Shown piece by piece: positions 18,347 through 26,401 of a stretch of DNA of 64,000 bases. The translations under genes and the position numbers were made by a program. The notes under the pieces were generated by a model. It was not told the DNA's origin and did not search any database. It saw only the letters and a program-made list of their open reading frames with translations. Within the stretch, counting starts at the first letter, position 1; every line of letters starts with the position of its first letter. The DNA is from Candidatus Zixiibacteriota bacterium (GTDB taxonomy: Bacteria > Zixibacteria > MSB-5A5 > GN15 > FEB-12): contig CP070756.1 of the NCBI GenBank assembly GCA_020348905.1, positions 1,554,311-1,618,310 on the forward strand, read 5' to 3'.

Positions 18347-19672
18347 ATGAAGGCGTCACGGTTTAATAAAGTCGTTGAAATTGAAAGCGGTAACAGGCTC
18401 CTCTTTAACGCCGACACGGGCGCCATCGCGGAACTTCCCCCCGAATCCTACAGCAACGTCAAAAAATTGCTGTTTGCACCGGCAAAGGCGGAGACGGCCG
18501 AGGACCGTAAGCTGGTCGACCAGTTGCTTTACGGAGGGTTTCTGAGCGAGCCCGGCTTTGATGAAATCGCTCATCTGAAGGTGGAAAACGGGCGGCACCG
18601 GTTCGGTAACCCGCTCGGTTTCATTGGAATAGCGCCTACATTCGAGTGCAACCTGACCTGCGGGGGGTGCTCGTCACGTAACCAAAAGGGGCGCATGACC
18701 AAACTGGTGGAAAAGGCAGCGCTCAAGTTTGTGGCCAGGCAGATAAAGAAGTGTGACGAGCTTCAGGTCTGCTGGTTTGGAGGTGAGCCCCTGCTTGGTA
18801 TTGAAACCATCGAACGGCTTCACCGCGGTATTGCCGAGTCAGCCGCCAAATACGATACGACGCTGCAGGGAAGTACTATCATTACCAACGGGTACCTGCT
18901 CGACGCCAAGATGGCCAAAAGGCTGAAAGAGGCCGGCGTGACCGGTGCTCAGGTAACGCTGGAAGGGCCTCCGGAAATCCATGACTCGCGACGGAAACTT
19001 CCCGACGGTACGGGCACCTTTGATACCGTCCTGGGCAATATTGCCGCAGTGGCCGAGGAGCTTGATATTGTTGTCAGGATAAGTGTCCTGGAGAACGACC
19101 CCGAAGCGGCGGTTGAGGTAGTGGAGATTCTGGAAAAGCAGGGCCTTCTTTCAAAAATTGGGTTCTATTTCGGTCCAGCTGAATCGGGATGTGATGCGTG
19201 CGACAGTGTTGTAGGCCAGTGCCGGCTGGATGACAAAGAGGTTGAGGTGCAGTTGGGGATTTACCGTCGCCTGGCCGAAAGCGTTTCCAACCGGATGGAT
19301 TATCCGTATCTGATTCCCTTCCGGCGATGCGGATTCGATTCGAGCCGTTCATTTTTAGTAGCGCCGACCGGATATGTGTTCAAGTGCTGGGAACAGGCTT
19401 CGGCGCGAGTCGACGACTCGGTGTGTAATGTGTTCGGTGATGATCCGGAATCGTTCCAGCAGTCGAACCAGTGGCGGTTCACAGCATTCGACCCGTTTGA
19501 CAGTTCGGAGTGTGTTAAGTGTGACATTCTGCCCGTTTGTATGGGTGGGTGTCCAATCGCGATAGAAGACCGTAGCAATATGATCAAATCTGGGTGCAGT
19601 CCCTGGAGGAAAAATTTGGAGGAGCTGCTTGTGCTAAGGTACCTTTATGAATTAAGAGAGGAGGTGATCTGA
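18347..19672 (+). CDS. Radical SAM/SPASM peptide-maturase-like enzyme with an N-terminal RRE-like extension
   Basis: CNLTCGGC (CxxxCxxC) about 115 aa from the start. Complete SPASM pattern C-x13-G-x4-C ... CVKCDILPVCMGGC ... C. The N-terminus RFNKVVEIESGNRLLFNADTGAIAEL is typical of peptide-binding maturases. Start at the internal ATG; the ORF track begins at the GTG at 18278. Confidence 0.85.
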   Translation: MKASRFNKVVEIESGNRLLFNADTGAIAELPPESYSNVKKLLFAPAKAETAEDRKLVDQLLYGGFLSEPGFDEIAHLKVENGRHRFGNPLGFIGIAPTFECNLTCGGCSSRNQKGRMTKLVEKAALKFVARQIKKCDELQVCWFGGEPLLGIETIERLHRGIAESAAKYDTTLQGSTIITNGYLLDAKMAKRLKEAGVTGAQVTLEGPPEIHDSRRKLPDGTGTFDTVLGNIAAVAEELDIVVRISVLENDPEAAVEVVEILEKQGLLSKIGFYFGPAESGCDACDSVVGQCRLDDKEVEVQLGIYRRLAESVSNRMDYPYLIPFRRCGFDSSRSFLVAPTGYVFKCWEQASARVDDSVCNVFGDDPESFQQSNQWRFTAFDPFDSSECVKCDILPVCMGGCPIAIEDRSNMIKSGCSPWRKNLEELLVLRYLYELREEVI

Positions 19673-19791
19673 TGCTGTTTATCGTTCTGCCTGATCGAAG
19701 CACTGCAGGATCCGGACCAGGATGTGCCGTCAAGACGGGACCTTGTCCCAAGAAAGTGATAAGCATTCTTCCGCCGCCGGCAATTTGGTAG
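19672..19791 (+). CDS. Unannotated 39-aa ORF, candidate RiPP precursor (MLFIVLPDRSTAGSGPGCAVKTGPCPKKVISILPPPAIW)
   Basis: The ATG overlaps the upstream TGA (TGATG). A strong SD, GAGGAGGTGA, ends 4 nt upstream of the ATG. Two Cys sit in a Gly/Pro-rich core. Too short for the supplied ORF track. Confidence 0.35.
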   Translation: MLFIVLPDRSTAGSGPGCAVKTGPCPKKVISILPPPAIW

Positions 19792-19809
19792 CCGGGTGTA
19801 ACGTTGGCG

Positions 19810-19840
19810 CAGATTGGTCAGCGATGCTGCTTCCAATCTG
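19810..19840 (+). other. Stem-loop downstream of the small ORF
   Basis: CAGATTGG-15 nt-CCAATCTG, a perfect 8-bp stem with no T-tract. Confidence 0.3.
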
Positions 19841-20019
19841 AAGAAAACAATACACGACAAACAGAGGAGGGGAAATCTTTGTTTCTGTCATCGGCCCCGA
19901 AGCAAGCAGGAAAAAGCCCTGTCCGCTACCAAGCGGAGGACTGATTTACCTGGTCTGGCCGCCGGTGATTAGGTAAGACTTCGACGAGTATACAACCATA
20001 AGGGGAGACGCGGTTAATG

Positions 20020-20047
20020 TTGACAGACCGTGTTTCCCCTGTATTTT
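20020..20047 (+). promoter_or_regulatory. Candidate sigma-70 promoter for the second radical-SAM gene
   Basis: TTGACA, 16 nt, TATTTT. The same hexamers occur at 18222. Confidence 0.3.
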
Positions 20048-20065
20048 GACTATCATCAGACTGTT

Positions 20066-21094
20066 ATGACTACTTCCGGACAGAGAAAATATAGCTCCAT
20101 CGGCTGGGGCATAACCCGACGATGCAACCTGTCGTGTCCGCACTGCTACACTTCAGCCGCCAAAACATCCACGGGGGAGCTTACCACCGAGGAGTGTCGC
20201 GAGATTATTGACTTGATGCCCGGTCTGGGAGCAGAGAATATCGGCTGGACCGGGGGGGAACCTCTGCTCAGAAAAGATCTGGAAGAGCTTATGAGATACG
20301 CCCAGCGCTACGGAATCACGTCGAGCATTACGACCAATGGCATTCCGCTCACGAAAAGACGGGTGGCAAAGCTGGCGGAGGTTGGACTGAGGGCGCTGCA
20401 GATCAGTCTCGACGGTTCGACGCCGGAGAAAAACCGTAATATTCGCAGGGCCCGCCTGGCGGACTTCGAATTAGTTATCAACGGAGCAAAGATGTGTTTG
20501 GAAGCCGGTCTGCCGGTGACCCTGGCCATGATCATCTCTCGCGATACCATCGACGATGTTATGGACTATGTTGCTATGGCTCGAAACCTGGGTGTCAACT
20601 CAATAAGATTCTGCGGTTTTGTTCCTCACGGTGATGCCGAGGACGGCGAGGCCCGGCACAGGCTGGAGTTTTCCGACCATCACCGCGAACTGTATGCTCT
20701 TGTGGAGAGACTGGTGGACGTAGAGTCTCCAACAATAGTCTTTGACGCGGGCCATGGGCCGGTGCCTCCCGGTTACAGTTGTCACCAGTGCAATGCAGGG
20801 ACGGAGACATTCTATATATCGGATAATGGCGACGTCTACCCATGTACCGGACTACTGTACGATAGGTTTAAGGTTGGTAACCTGCGACTACGTCCGCTTC
20901 TGGAACTTATTGACGACCCCAAGATGTCGGAGATGGCCAGATACGATCACAGCCAGATTCATGGTCATTGCCGCGACTGTCAGTACTTCCGTGTTTGCCG
21001 CGGGGCCTGCCGCGGAGCTACTTACGCCCACACCGGCGACTTGAACGCGTCATTCCCGGTGTGTTTGTTTCGGGCCTCGCTACTGGAGACTTAA
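20066..21094 (+). CDS. Radical SAM/SPASM domain protein (PqqE/NirJ/AhbD-like, no N-terminal RRE)
   Basis: CNLSCPHC near the N-terminus, GGEPLL, and a complete SPASM pattern C-x12-G-x4-C ... CRDCQYFRVCRGAC ... C. Start set at the ATG at 20066. Confidence 0.85.
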   Translation: MTTSGQRKYSSIGWGITRRCNLSCPHCYTSAAKTSTGELTTEECREIIDLMPGLGAENIGWTGGEPLLRKDLEELMRYAQRYGITSSITTNGIPLTKRRVAKLAEVGLRALQISLDGSTPEKNRNIRRARLADFELVINGAKMCLEAGLPVTLAMIISRDTIDDVMDYVAMARNLGVNSIRFCGFVPHGDAEDGEARHRLEFSDHHRELYALVERLVDVESPTIVFDAGHGPVPPGYSCHQCNAGTETFYISDNGDVYPCTGLLYDRFKVGNLRLRPLLELIDDPKMSEMARYDHSQIHGHCRDCQYFRVCRGACRGATYAHTGDLNASFPVCLFRASLLET

Positions 21095-21131
21095 GGCGTT
21101 ACCGACCAGCCGCCAAAATCCAAAAATATCA

Positions 21132-21159
21132 TTGACCTGCCATAATCTTGCGCTAATAT
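21132..21159 (+). promoter_or_regulatory. Candidate sigma-70 promoter
   Basis: TTGACC, 16 nt, TAATAT, located 43 nt upstream of the ATG at 21202. Confidence 0.4.
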
Positions 21160-21201
21160 TGCACATCACCACGCTGCCAACAATAATCAAGGAGAGATAA
21201 A

Positions 21202-21879
21202 ATGCCGCAGGTCAAATTTCTCGGTCACTCCTGTGTGACCATTACCGAGGGAGAACACAAGCTCATCATTGATCCCTTCCTGTCGGATAATCCCAAGGCA
21301 CCGGTCAAGGCATCTGATGTCGATGTCAACTACGTACTGCTGACTCACGGGCATGGAGATCATGTCGGGGACGCTATTGCTATCGCCAAACGCAACAAGG
21401 CCACGGTAATCGCCAATTTCGAGCTGGCCAACCTTTGCGCAGGGGAAGGTGCGCAGATTCATCCGATGCATATCGGCGGTTCGCACAAATTCGATTTCGG
21501 GCGCGTCAAACTCACTATCGCGCATCACGGTGGCGGTTACGGCGCCGATGCGTCGCGTTACACGGGACCGCCCTGTGGTTTTTTGATCACAATCGGCGGG
21601 GCCACGATCTACCACTCCGGTGACACCGGCCTGTTTTATGACATGAAGCTGATTGGTGAGATGAACCGTATTGACCTGGCCTTTCTACCTATCGGTGACA
21701 ATTTCACCATGGGGGTTGACGATGCCGTCAAGGCGGTCGAATTTTTGTCCCCAGCCAAGGTGGTGCCGTTCCACTACGATACCTGGGACATCATCGCCGA
21801 GGATCCCAAGAACTTCGCCGACCGGGTAAAAGGTGCCGAAGTGTTTATACTCAAGCCCGGAGAAGGCCTGACCCTGTAA
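21202..21879 (+). CDS. UPF0173-type metal-dependent hydrolase (MBL fold)
   Basis: KFLGHSCVTI...IDPFLSDNP...LLTHGHGDHVGD...HSGDTG, typical of the UPF0173/YtkL family. GGAGAG SD. Confidence 0.8.
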   Translation: MPQVKFLGHSCVTITEGEHKLIIDPFLSDNPKAPVKASDVDVNYVLLTHGHGDHVGDAIAIAKRNKATVIANFELANLCAGEGAQIHPMHIGGSHKFDFGRVKLTIAHHGGGYGADASRYTGPPCGFLITIGGATIYHSGDTGLFYDMKLIGEMNRIDLAFLPIGDNFTMGVDDAVKAVEFLSPAKVVPFHYDTWDIIAEDPKNFADRVKGAEVFILKPGEGLTL

Positions 21880-21909
21880 AGCTCAATCTTCGTAATTCGT
21901 TACTGACGA

Positions 21910-21936
21910 GGGGGGCACTGCCCCCTTTGTGATTTT
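21910..21936 (+). terminator. Rho-independent terminator
   Basis: GGGGGGC-act-GCCCCCT followed by TTGTGATTTT. Confidence 0.45.
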
Positions 21937-22003
21937 AATTGCTTCCCACCGGTTTTCTTCTTAGAATTCTAAGCCAAGTGGCTTTTGGAGGATATAAGTA
22001 TAT

Positions 22004-24835
22004 ATGAAGAAGTTTTTGAAGATTCTGGGCTGGGTGGCCGGTGCTGTCATCGTCCTGTTGATACTCGCGATCGCTGGTTTATGGTTGTTCTTTCCGATTG
22101 AGAAGGCTAAAGAGATGGCGGTGGAGCGCGGCAGCGCCCAGCTGGGACGAACGATAACAGTCGAAGATGCGGCCATTTCGTTCTGGGGCGGTCTGGGGGT
22201 CAGACTTGGCAATGTGGCGGTAGGCAATCCTGCTGCCATGGAAGACGGCGATTTCCTTAAGGCCGAAGATGTCGATGTCAAGCTGCAGATTCTGCCGCTG
22301 CTTTCAGGAAACTACAAAATCGACCGGCTGGTTATTAACCGTCCCGAGATAGCTATGCTCAAGCGTGCCGATGGCACCAACAACTACACGTTCGAGGCCG
22401 TCGAAAAAAAAGCACCGCCCGAGCTGGCTGAGAAAGTTGCGCCCGAGGCCAAGGCAGCGGCTTTTGCCGTAACCTTTGACGAGCTTGTAATCAATGACGG
22501 CATGCTAAGTTTTGTCGACGATAGTTCCGGCATGAGTTTCCGCCTTAACAATCTTGACCTGTCTACTTCATTAACAAGCCCGCGCGCGAATTACTATCGT
22601 TCATCGGGAAGTATAGAAGTCGATTCGGTGGCGGTGTCGCTGGATGTTCCACTTCCACCGCTATCGGTGAAGCTCGATTACAATCTCGACTACGACCCTG
22701 CTACCAGGCAAATTACGTTCGAAGAAACCCGGCTGGAACTCAACCGGGTAAAATTCGCTCTTAAGGGGGAAGCGCATGATCCAACCGGGCAGCTAAAGAG
22801 CAAGGTGTCGATTAAATCCGAGAAGATCTCGGTGGCTGATTTATTCGCTCTGCTTCCGCCGGAGAAACTGGAAGCCACCCGGGATTTCGAGATAGACGGC
22901 GACTTTACGCTGGACCTTGATGTTGAGTATGACCCCGACCATCCAGATACCCTTACCTATTACGGCACGGCGCTGATAACCTCGATGAATCTCTCTCACC
23001 GGGAGGTGCCGGGCCAATTCGAGTTCAGCCGCGCCCTGCTGGACTTCAAGACCGATAACCTGAGATTCAATATCGAGGATGCCTACTTCGACGGAAATCC
23101 CGTCAAGGGGCACCTGGTCGTGGACAACTTCGATGATCCCACCGCGAACGGCGAACTGGCCGGCAAGTTCAACCTGGCCTATCTGCAGCCGTTCCTCCCG
23201 GCCGAGGGTCAGCACACCATTGCCGGCGGCAGCGAATTCGACATAAAGCTCTCCGGTAAGCCGAGAGACTTCGGCTCCATGAGTTTCTCCGGCAGCCTCA
23301 AGGTATCCGGCGGCAGCTATAACTCGGCGGCCCTTTTCGAGCCGGTCGAATCTTTTGATCTCGACGTTTATTTCGACAACCGCCTCACCCATGTCAGGAA
23401 GCTCACCGGGCGAATGAAGTCGGGCGACCTGTCTTTCGAGGGTCGCTTTAACGATCTGGTTCCGTACTTCATGGCGGATTCGGTCACCCGTCGCATGATC
23501 GCACCCACCATTGACGGTTCGGTGTCAGGGAATGTCGATCTGGCGGTGGTAAACATGTTTTTGCCGCCTACGGGAAATCCCGAGCTCAAGGGTGACCTGA
23601 GCACAAACATAAAGATGACAGGGGTATTGACCGACTACGAACGGCTTCGGCCGAGCGGAAAGCTGACTATTCGGAACGCCTCTTATACCGATTCGCTGTT
23701 ACCGGAGCCGGTGACCCATTTCGAGGCGGAGATGACTATCGCGCCGGATACCATCACGGTCAATAACCTTACGGCGAAGTTCGTATCAAGTGATGCCTCA
23801 TTCTCGGGCAAGCTGGTCGACCCCTTTCCGTACCTTCTGCCGATCGAAGGAGTGGACCGCAGCCAGGTCAACAAGCCGTTATTTCTGTTCCAGCTGTCCT
23901 CGAACCGGTTCGATGCGGATAAACTGTTTCCGGAGGCCGTGCCCGGCTCCGGGGAAAATCGTGCTACCGTGTCGGTGGACTCGATCTCGCCCTTCATCCT
24001 GCCTGACATAGACGGACAGGGGACGTTTGAGGTGGACACCCTTATCTACAGCCAGGTTGAGTTTACATCGCTTCAGGGGAAGATAAAGGTTTACGATCGC
24101 AAGATCGAATGCTACGACGCTACCGGGAAGGTGTACACCGGTGACGTTTCGGGCAAGACCACGATTGACCTGCAGGATTTCGAGAACCCCCGGTACGTTG
24201 GCGAGTTCAAGGCCAGCAATGTCGAAGCGGACGACTTTGTCAGCCGGTTCACGAAATTCGGCGGCTACCTGTTCGGCAAGGTCAATATGGAGGGCAATTA
24301 CAATGCCAGCGGCTGGGAGGCGCAGGATTTTTTGAATTCGCTGACCATGAACTCGGCGTCGTCGATGCAGCAGGGGAAGGTAGTTACGTCGGGCGTCGTT
24401 TTCTCCGCCATAAGCAGCCTGGCATCGAAGGCCGGCGAGACTTTTGAGAAGGAACAGTCCCTGCGCGATCTGAGTACAAACGTGGTTGTCAAGGATGGCA
24501 AAGTATCAGTTGACAAACTCCAGACCGGGTTGGGTAAGGTGGGTGACGTTCAGCTGGACGGTTTCTACGCTTTTACGGGAGACATAAGTTACAGCGGCAC
24601 TATCCTGTTGTCGAAAGAGTGGTCCGAGAAGCTTGTTTCGCAGAAGGGATTGCTGGGTAACCTGGCCGGTTTGTTGTCGGATAAGAGTGTCGATCGCATC
24701 AAGTTGCCGATTGCCTTCGGCGGTACGATCGATCAACCGTCGTTTGATGTCGACTATACAGCGCTGGCGAAGAACCTGGGCGAGAACCTCAAGGATGAAG
24801 CCGGGAATCTGCTGGACAAGTTGAAGAAAAAATAG
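22004..24835 (+). CDS. AsmA-family outer-membrane biogenesis protein
   Basis: 943 aa with an N-terminal anchor KILGWVAGAVIVLLILAIAGLWLFF, then a ...TVEDAAISFWGGLGVRLGNVAVGNP start typical of AsmA, and a long repetitive beta-rich body. Confidence 0.8.
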   Translation: MKKFLKILGWVAGAVIVLLILAIAGLWLFFPIEKAKEMAVERGSAQLGRTITVEDAAISFWGGLGVRLGNVAVGNPAAMEDGDFLKAEDVDVKLQILPLLSGNYKIDRLVINRPEIAMLKRADGTNNYTFEAVEKKAPPELAEKVAPEAKAAAFAVTFDELVINDGMLSFVDDSSGMSFRLNNLDLSTSLTSPRANYYRSSGSIEVDSVAVSLDVPLPPLSVKLDYNLDYDPATRQITFEETRLELNRVKFALKGEAHDPTGQLKSKVSIKSEKISVADLFALLPPEKLEATRDFEIDGDFTLDLDVEYDPDHPDTLTYYGTALITSMNLSHREVPGQFEFSRALLDFKTDNLRFNIEDAYFDGNPVKGHLVVDNFDDPTANGELAGKFNLAYLQPFLPAEGQHTIAGGSEFDIKLSGKPRDFGSMSFSGSLKVSGGSYNSAALFEPVESFDLDVYFDNRLTHVRKLTGRMKSGDLSFEGRFNDLVPYFMADSVTRRMIAPTIDGSVSGNVDLAVVNMFLPPTGNPELKGDLSTNIKMTGVLTDYERLRPSGKLTIRNASYTDSLLPEPVTHFEAEMTIAPDTITVNNLTAKFVSSDASFSGKLVDPFPYLLPIEGVDRSQVNKPLFLFQLSSNRFDADKLFPEAVPGSGENRATVSVDSISPFILPDIDGQGTFEVDTLIYSQVEFTSLQGKIKVYDRKIECYDATGKVYTGDVSGKTTIDLQDFENPRYVGEFKASNVEADDFVSRFTKFGGYLFGKVNMEGNYNASGWEAQDFLNSLTMNSASSMQQGKVVTSGVVFSAISSLASKAGETFEKEQSLRDLSTNVVVKDGKVSVDKLQTGLGKVGDVQLDGFYAFTGDISYSGTILLSKEWSEKLVSQKGLLGNLAGLLSDKSVDRIKLPIAFGGTIDQPSFDVDYTALAKNLGENLKDEAGNLLDKLKKK

Positions 24836-24886
24836 AACCGAAGCAATTCCGCAACCGGGCGCGCCTCAAGAGACTGGTGATAACAA

Positions 24887-25573
24887 ATGACGTGGCTGGC
24901 TGAGCAGTTTGGAATTCTTTCGAAAATCTTCTACTACCTGATTCAGGTGGTTCACTGGACTGTCCTGATTTCGGTTCTGGCTTACCTGCTGGCCCTTATC
25001 TGCGGCCTGGTCTTCGGCATCGCCCGCATCTCGCGAAATCGTTTCATCAGGAGCATAGCCGGGGCATACATAAATGTTCTCAGGGGAGTGCCCCTGCTGG
25101 TACTTATCTTCTTCTTTTATTTCGGTCTTGGCAAGTTTGTCAATCTTGACCGGTTTGTGGCCGGTGTGCTGGCAGTGGGGGTATGCTATGGCGCGTACAT
25201 GGCCGAAATTTTCCGCTCGGGAATTGAAGCTATCGATTACGGTCAGCACGAAGCAGCCATGTCGCTCGGAATGACACGATGGCAGACTCTTCGACACATA
25301 ATTCTGCCGCAGTCGTTCCGGATAGTCGTGGCGCCGGGGGCAAATGAGTTTATTGCCTGCCTGAAGGATTCCTCGCTGGTGTCGATTATCGGACTGCGAG
25401 AGCTTACCCGGGCCGGACGGGAATACGCCAACCAGTATTTTCTCGACTTTCACACCTGGTTGATGGTGGGCATAATATACCTGATTATGACCCTGACGCT
25501 CACCCGGCTGGTAAAGCGCCTGGAGAAGCGATTCGCGATTCATGGTTATGGAGTCACCCGCCATGATAATTGA
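24887..25573 (+). CDS. Polar amino acid ABC transporter permease (HisM/GlnP family)
   Basis: EAA-loop region [43 protein letters not shown]. Confidence 0.9.
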   Translation: MTWLAEQFGILSKIFYYLIQVVHWTVLISVLAYLLALICGLVFGIARISRNRFIRSIAGAYINVLRGVPLLVLIFFFYFGLGKFVNLDRFVAGVLAVGVCYGAYMAEIFRSGIEAIDYGQHEAAMSLGMTRWQTLRHIILPQSFRIVVAPGANEFIACLKDSSLVSIIGLRELTRAGREYANQYFLDFHTWLMVGIIYLIMTLTLTRLVKRLEKRFAIHGYGVTRHDN

Positions 25574-26288
25574 CATCAAGAACATTGTCTGCCGTTTTGG
25601 TGAAATCGTCGCCCTCGACGATATCAGTTTGAGCGTTGACCATGGCGAAGTAGTGGTTATCCTGGGACCGTCGGGATCAGGGAAGTCAACCCTGCTGCGA
25701 TGTCTGAACGCACTTGAAGAGATTCAATCCGGTGAGATTAATGTTGATGGCTTCCTGATTGATAGAAATCACCGCCAGATTCACCAGATCAGGCTCGAGG
25801 TGGGTATGGTTTTTCAACAGTTCAACCTCTTTCCGCATCTGACGGTGATCGAAAACGTCAACCTGGCGCAACGGGTGGTTCGAAAGCGCTCCCGGACCGA
25901 GGCTGCCCGCGTTTCCACGGAACTGTTGAACAAGGTAGAACTGGCGGACAAGACCGAGGCGTTTCCCGGTCAGTTGTCCGGTGGGCAGAAGCAGCGTGTA
26001 GCTATTGCCAGAGCGCTGGCTATGAATCCGAAGATAATGTTGTTTGATGAAGTGACTTCGGCCCTCGACCCGGAGATGATCGGTGAAGTGCTCGAAGTTA
26101 TGAAGCAGCTGGCGGCCGAAGGCATGACGATGCTTATTGTCACGCACGAGATCGGTTTTGCTCGCGAAGTAGCCGACCGGGTCATTTTCATCGACGAAGG
26201 CAAGATCGTCGAACAGGCCGCGCCCCGGCAGTTTTTCACTAACCCGACCAATCAGCGAACGAAGGATTTCCTGGCCCACGTTTTGTAG
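25563..26288 (+). CDS. Polar amino acid ABC transporter ATP-binding protein (GlnQ-like)
   Basis: Walker [11 protein letters not shown]-loop, signature [15 protein letters not shown], Walker [13 protein letters not shown] and H-loop VTHE. The ATG at 25563 overlaps the permease stop. Confidence 0.9.
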   Translation: MIIDIKNIVCRFGEIVALDDISLSVDHGEVVVILGPSGSGKSTLLRCLNALEEIQSGEINVDGFLIDRNHRQIHQIRLEVGMVFQQFNLFPHLTVIENVNLAQRVVRKRSRTEAARVSTELLNKVELADKTEAFPGQLSGGQKQRVAIARALAMNPKIMLFDEVTSALDPEMIGEVLEVMKQLAAEGMTMLIVTHEIGFAREVADRVIFIDEGKIVEQAAPRQFFTNPTNQRTKDFLAHVL

Positions 26289-26401
26289 GGCCCAAGCCCG
26301 GGAAATACCAGGGGGGGACAAATTGGCAAGATTTGCCTCAAGAACAAATCGACACCGCCGACCGTTCTTTCTATAGATATCCAACTACGGTTAGCGCCCT
26401 G

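Noticed and set aside
19879-19944. 21-codon TTG ORF behind GAGGAGGGG in the radical-SAM spacer, considered as a second precursor
   Set aside because: It has no Cys or other obvious crosslink residues, a non-ATG start and very short length. It is mentioned only as part of the spacer description.
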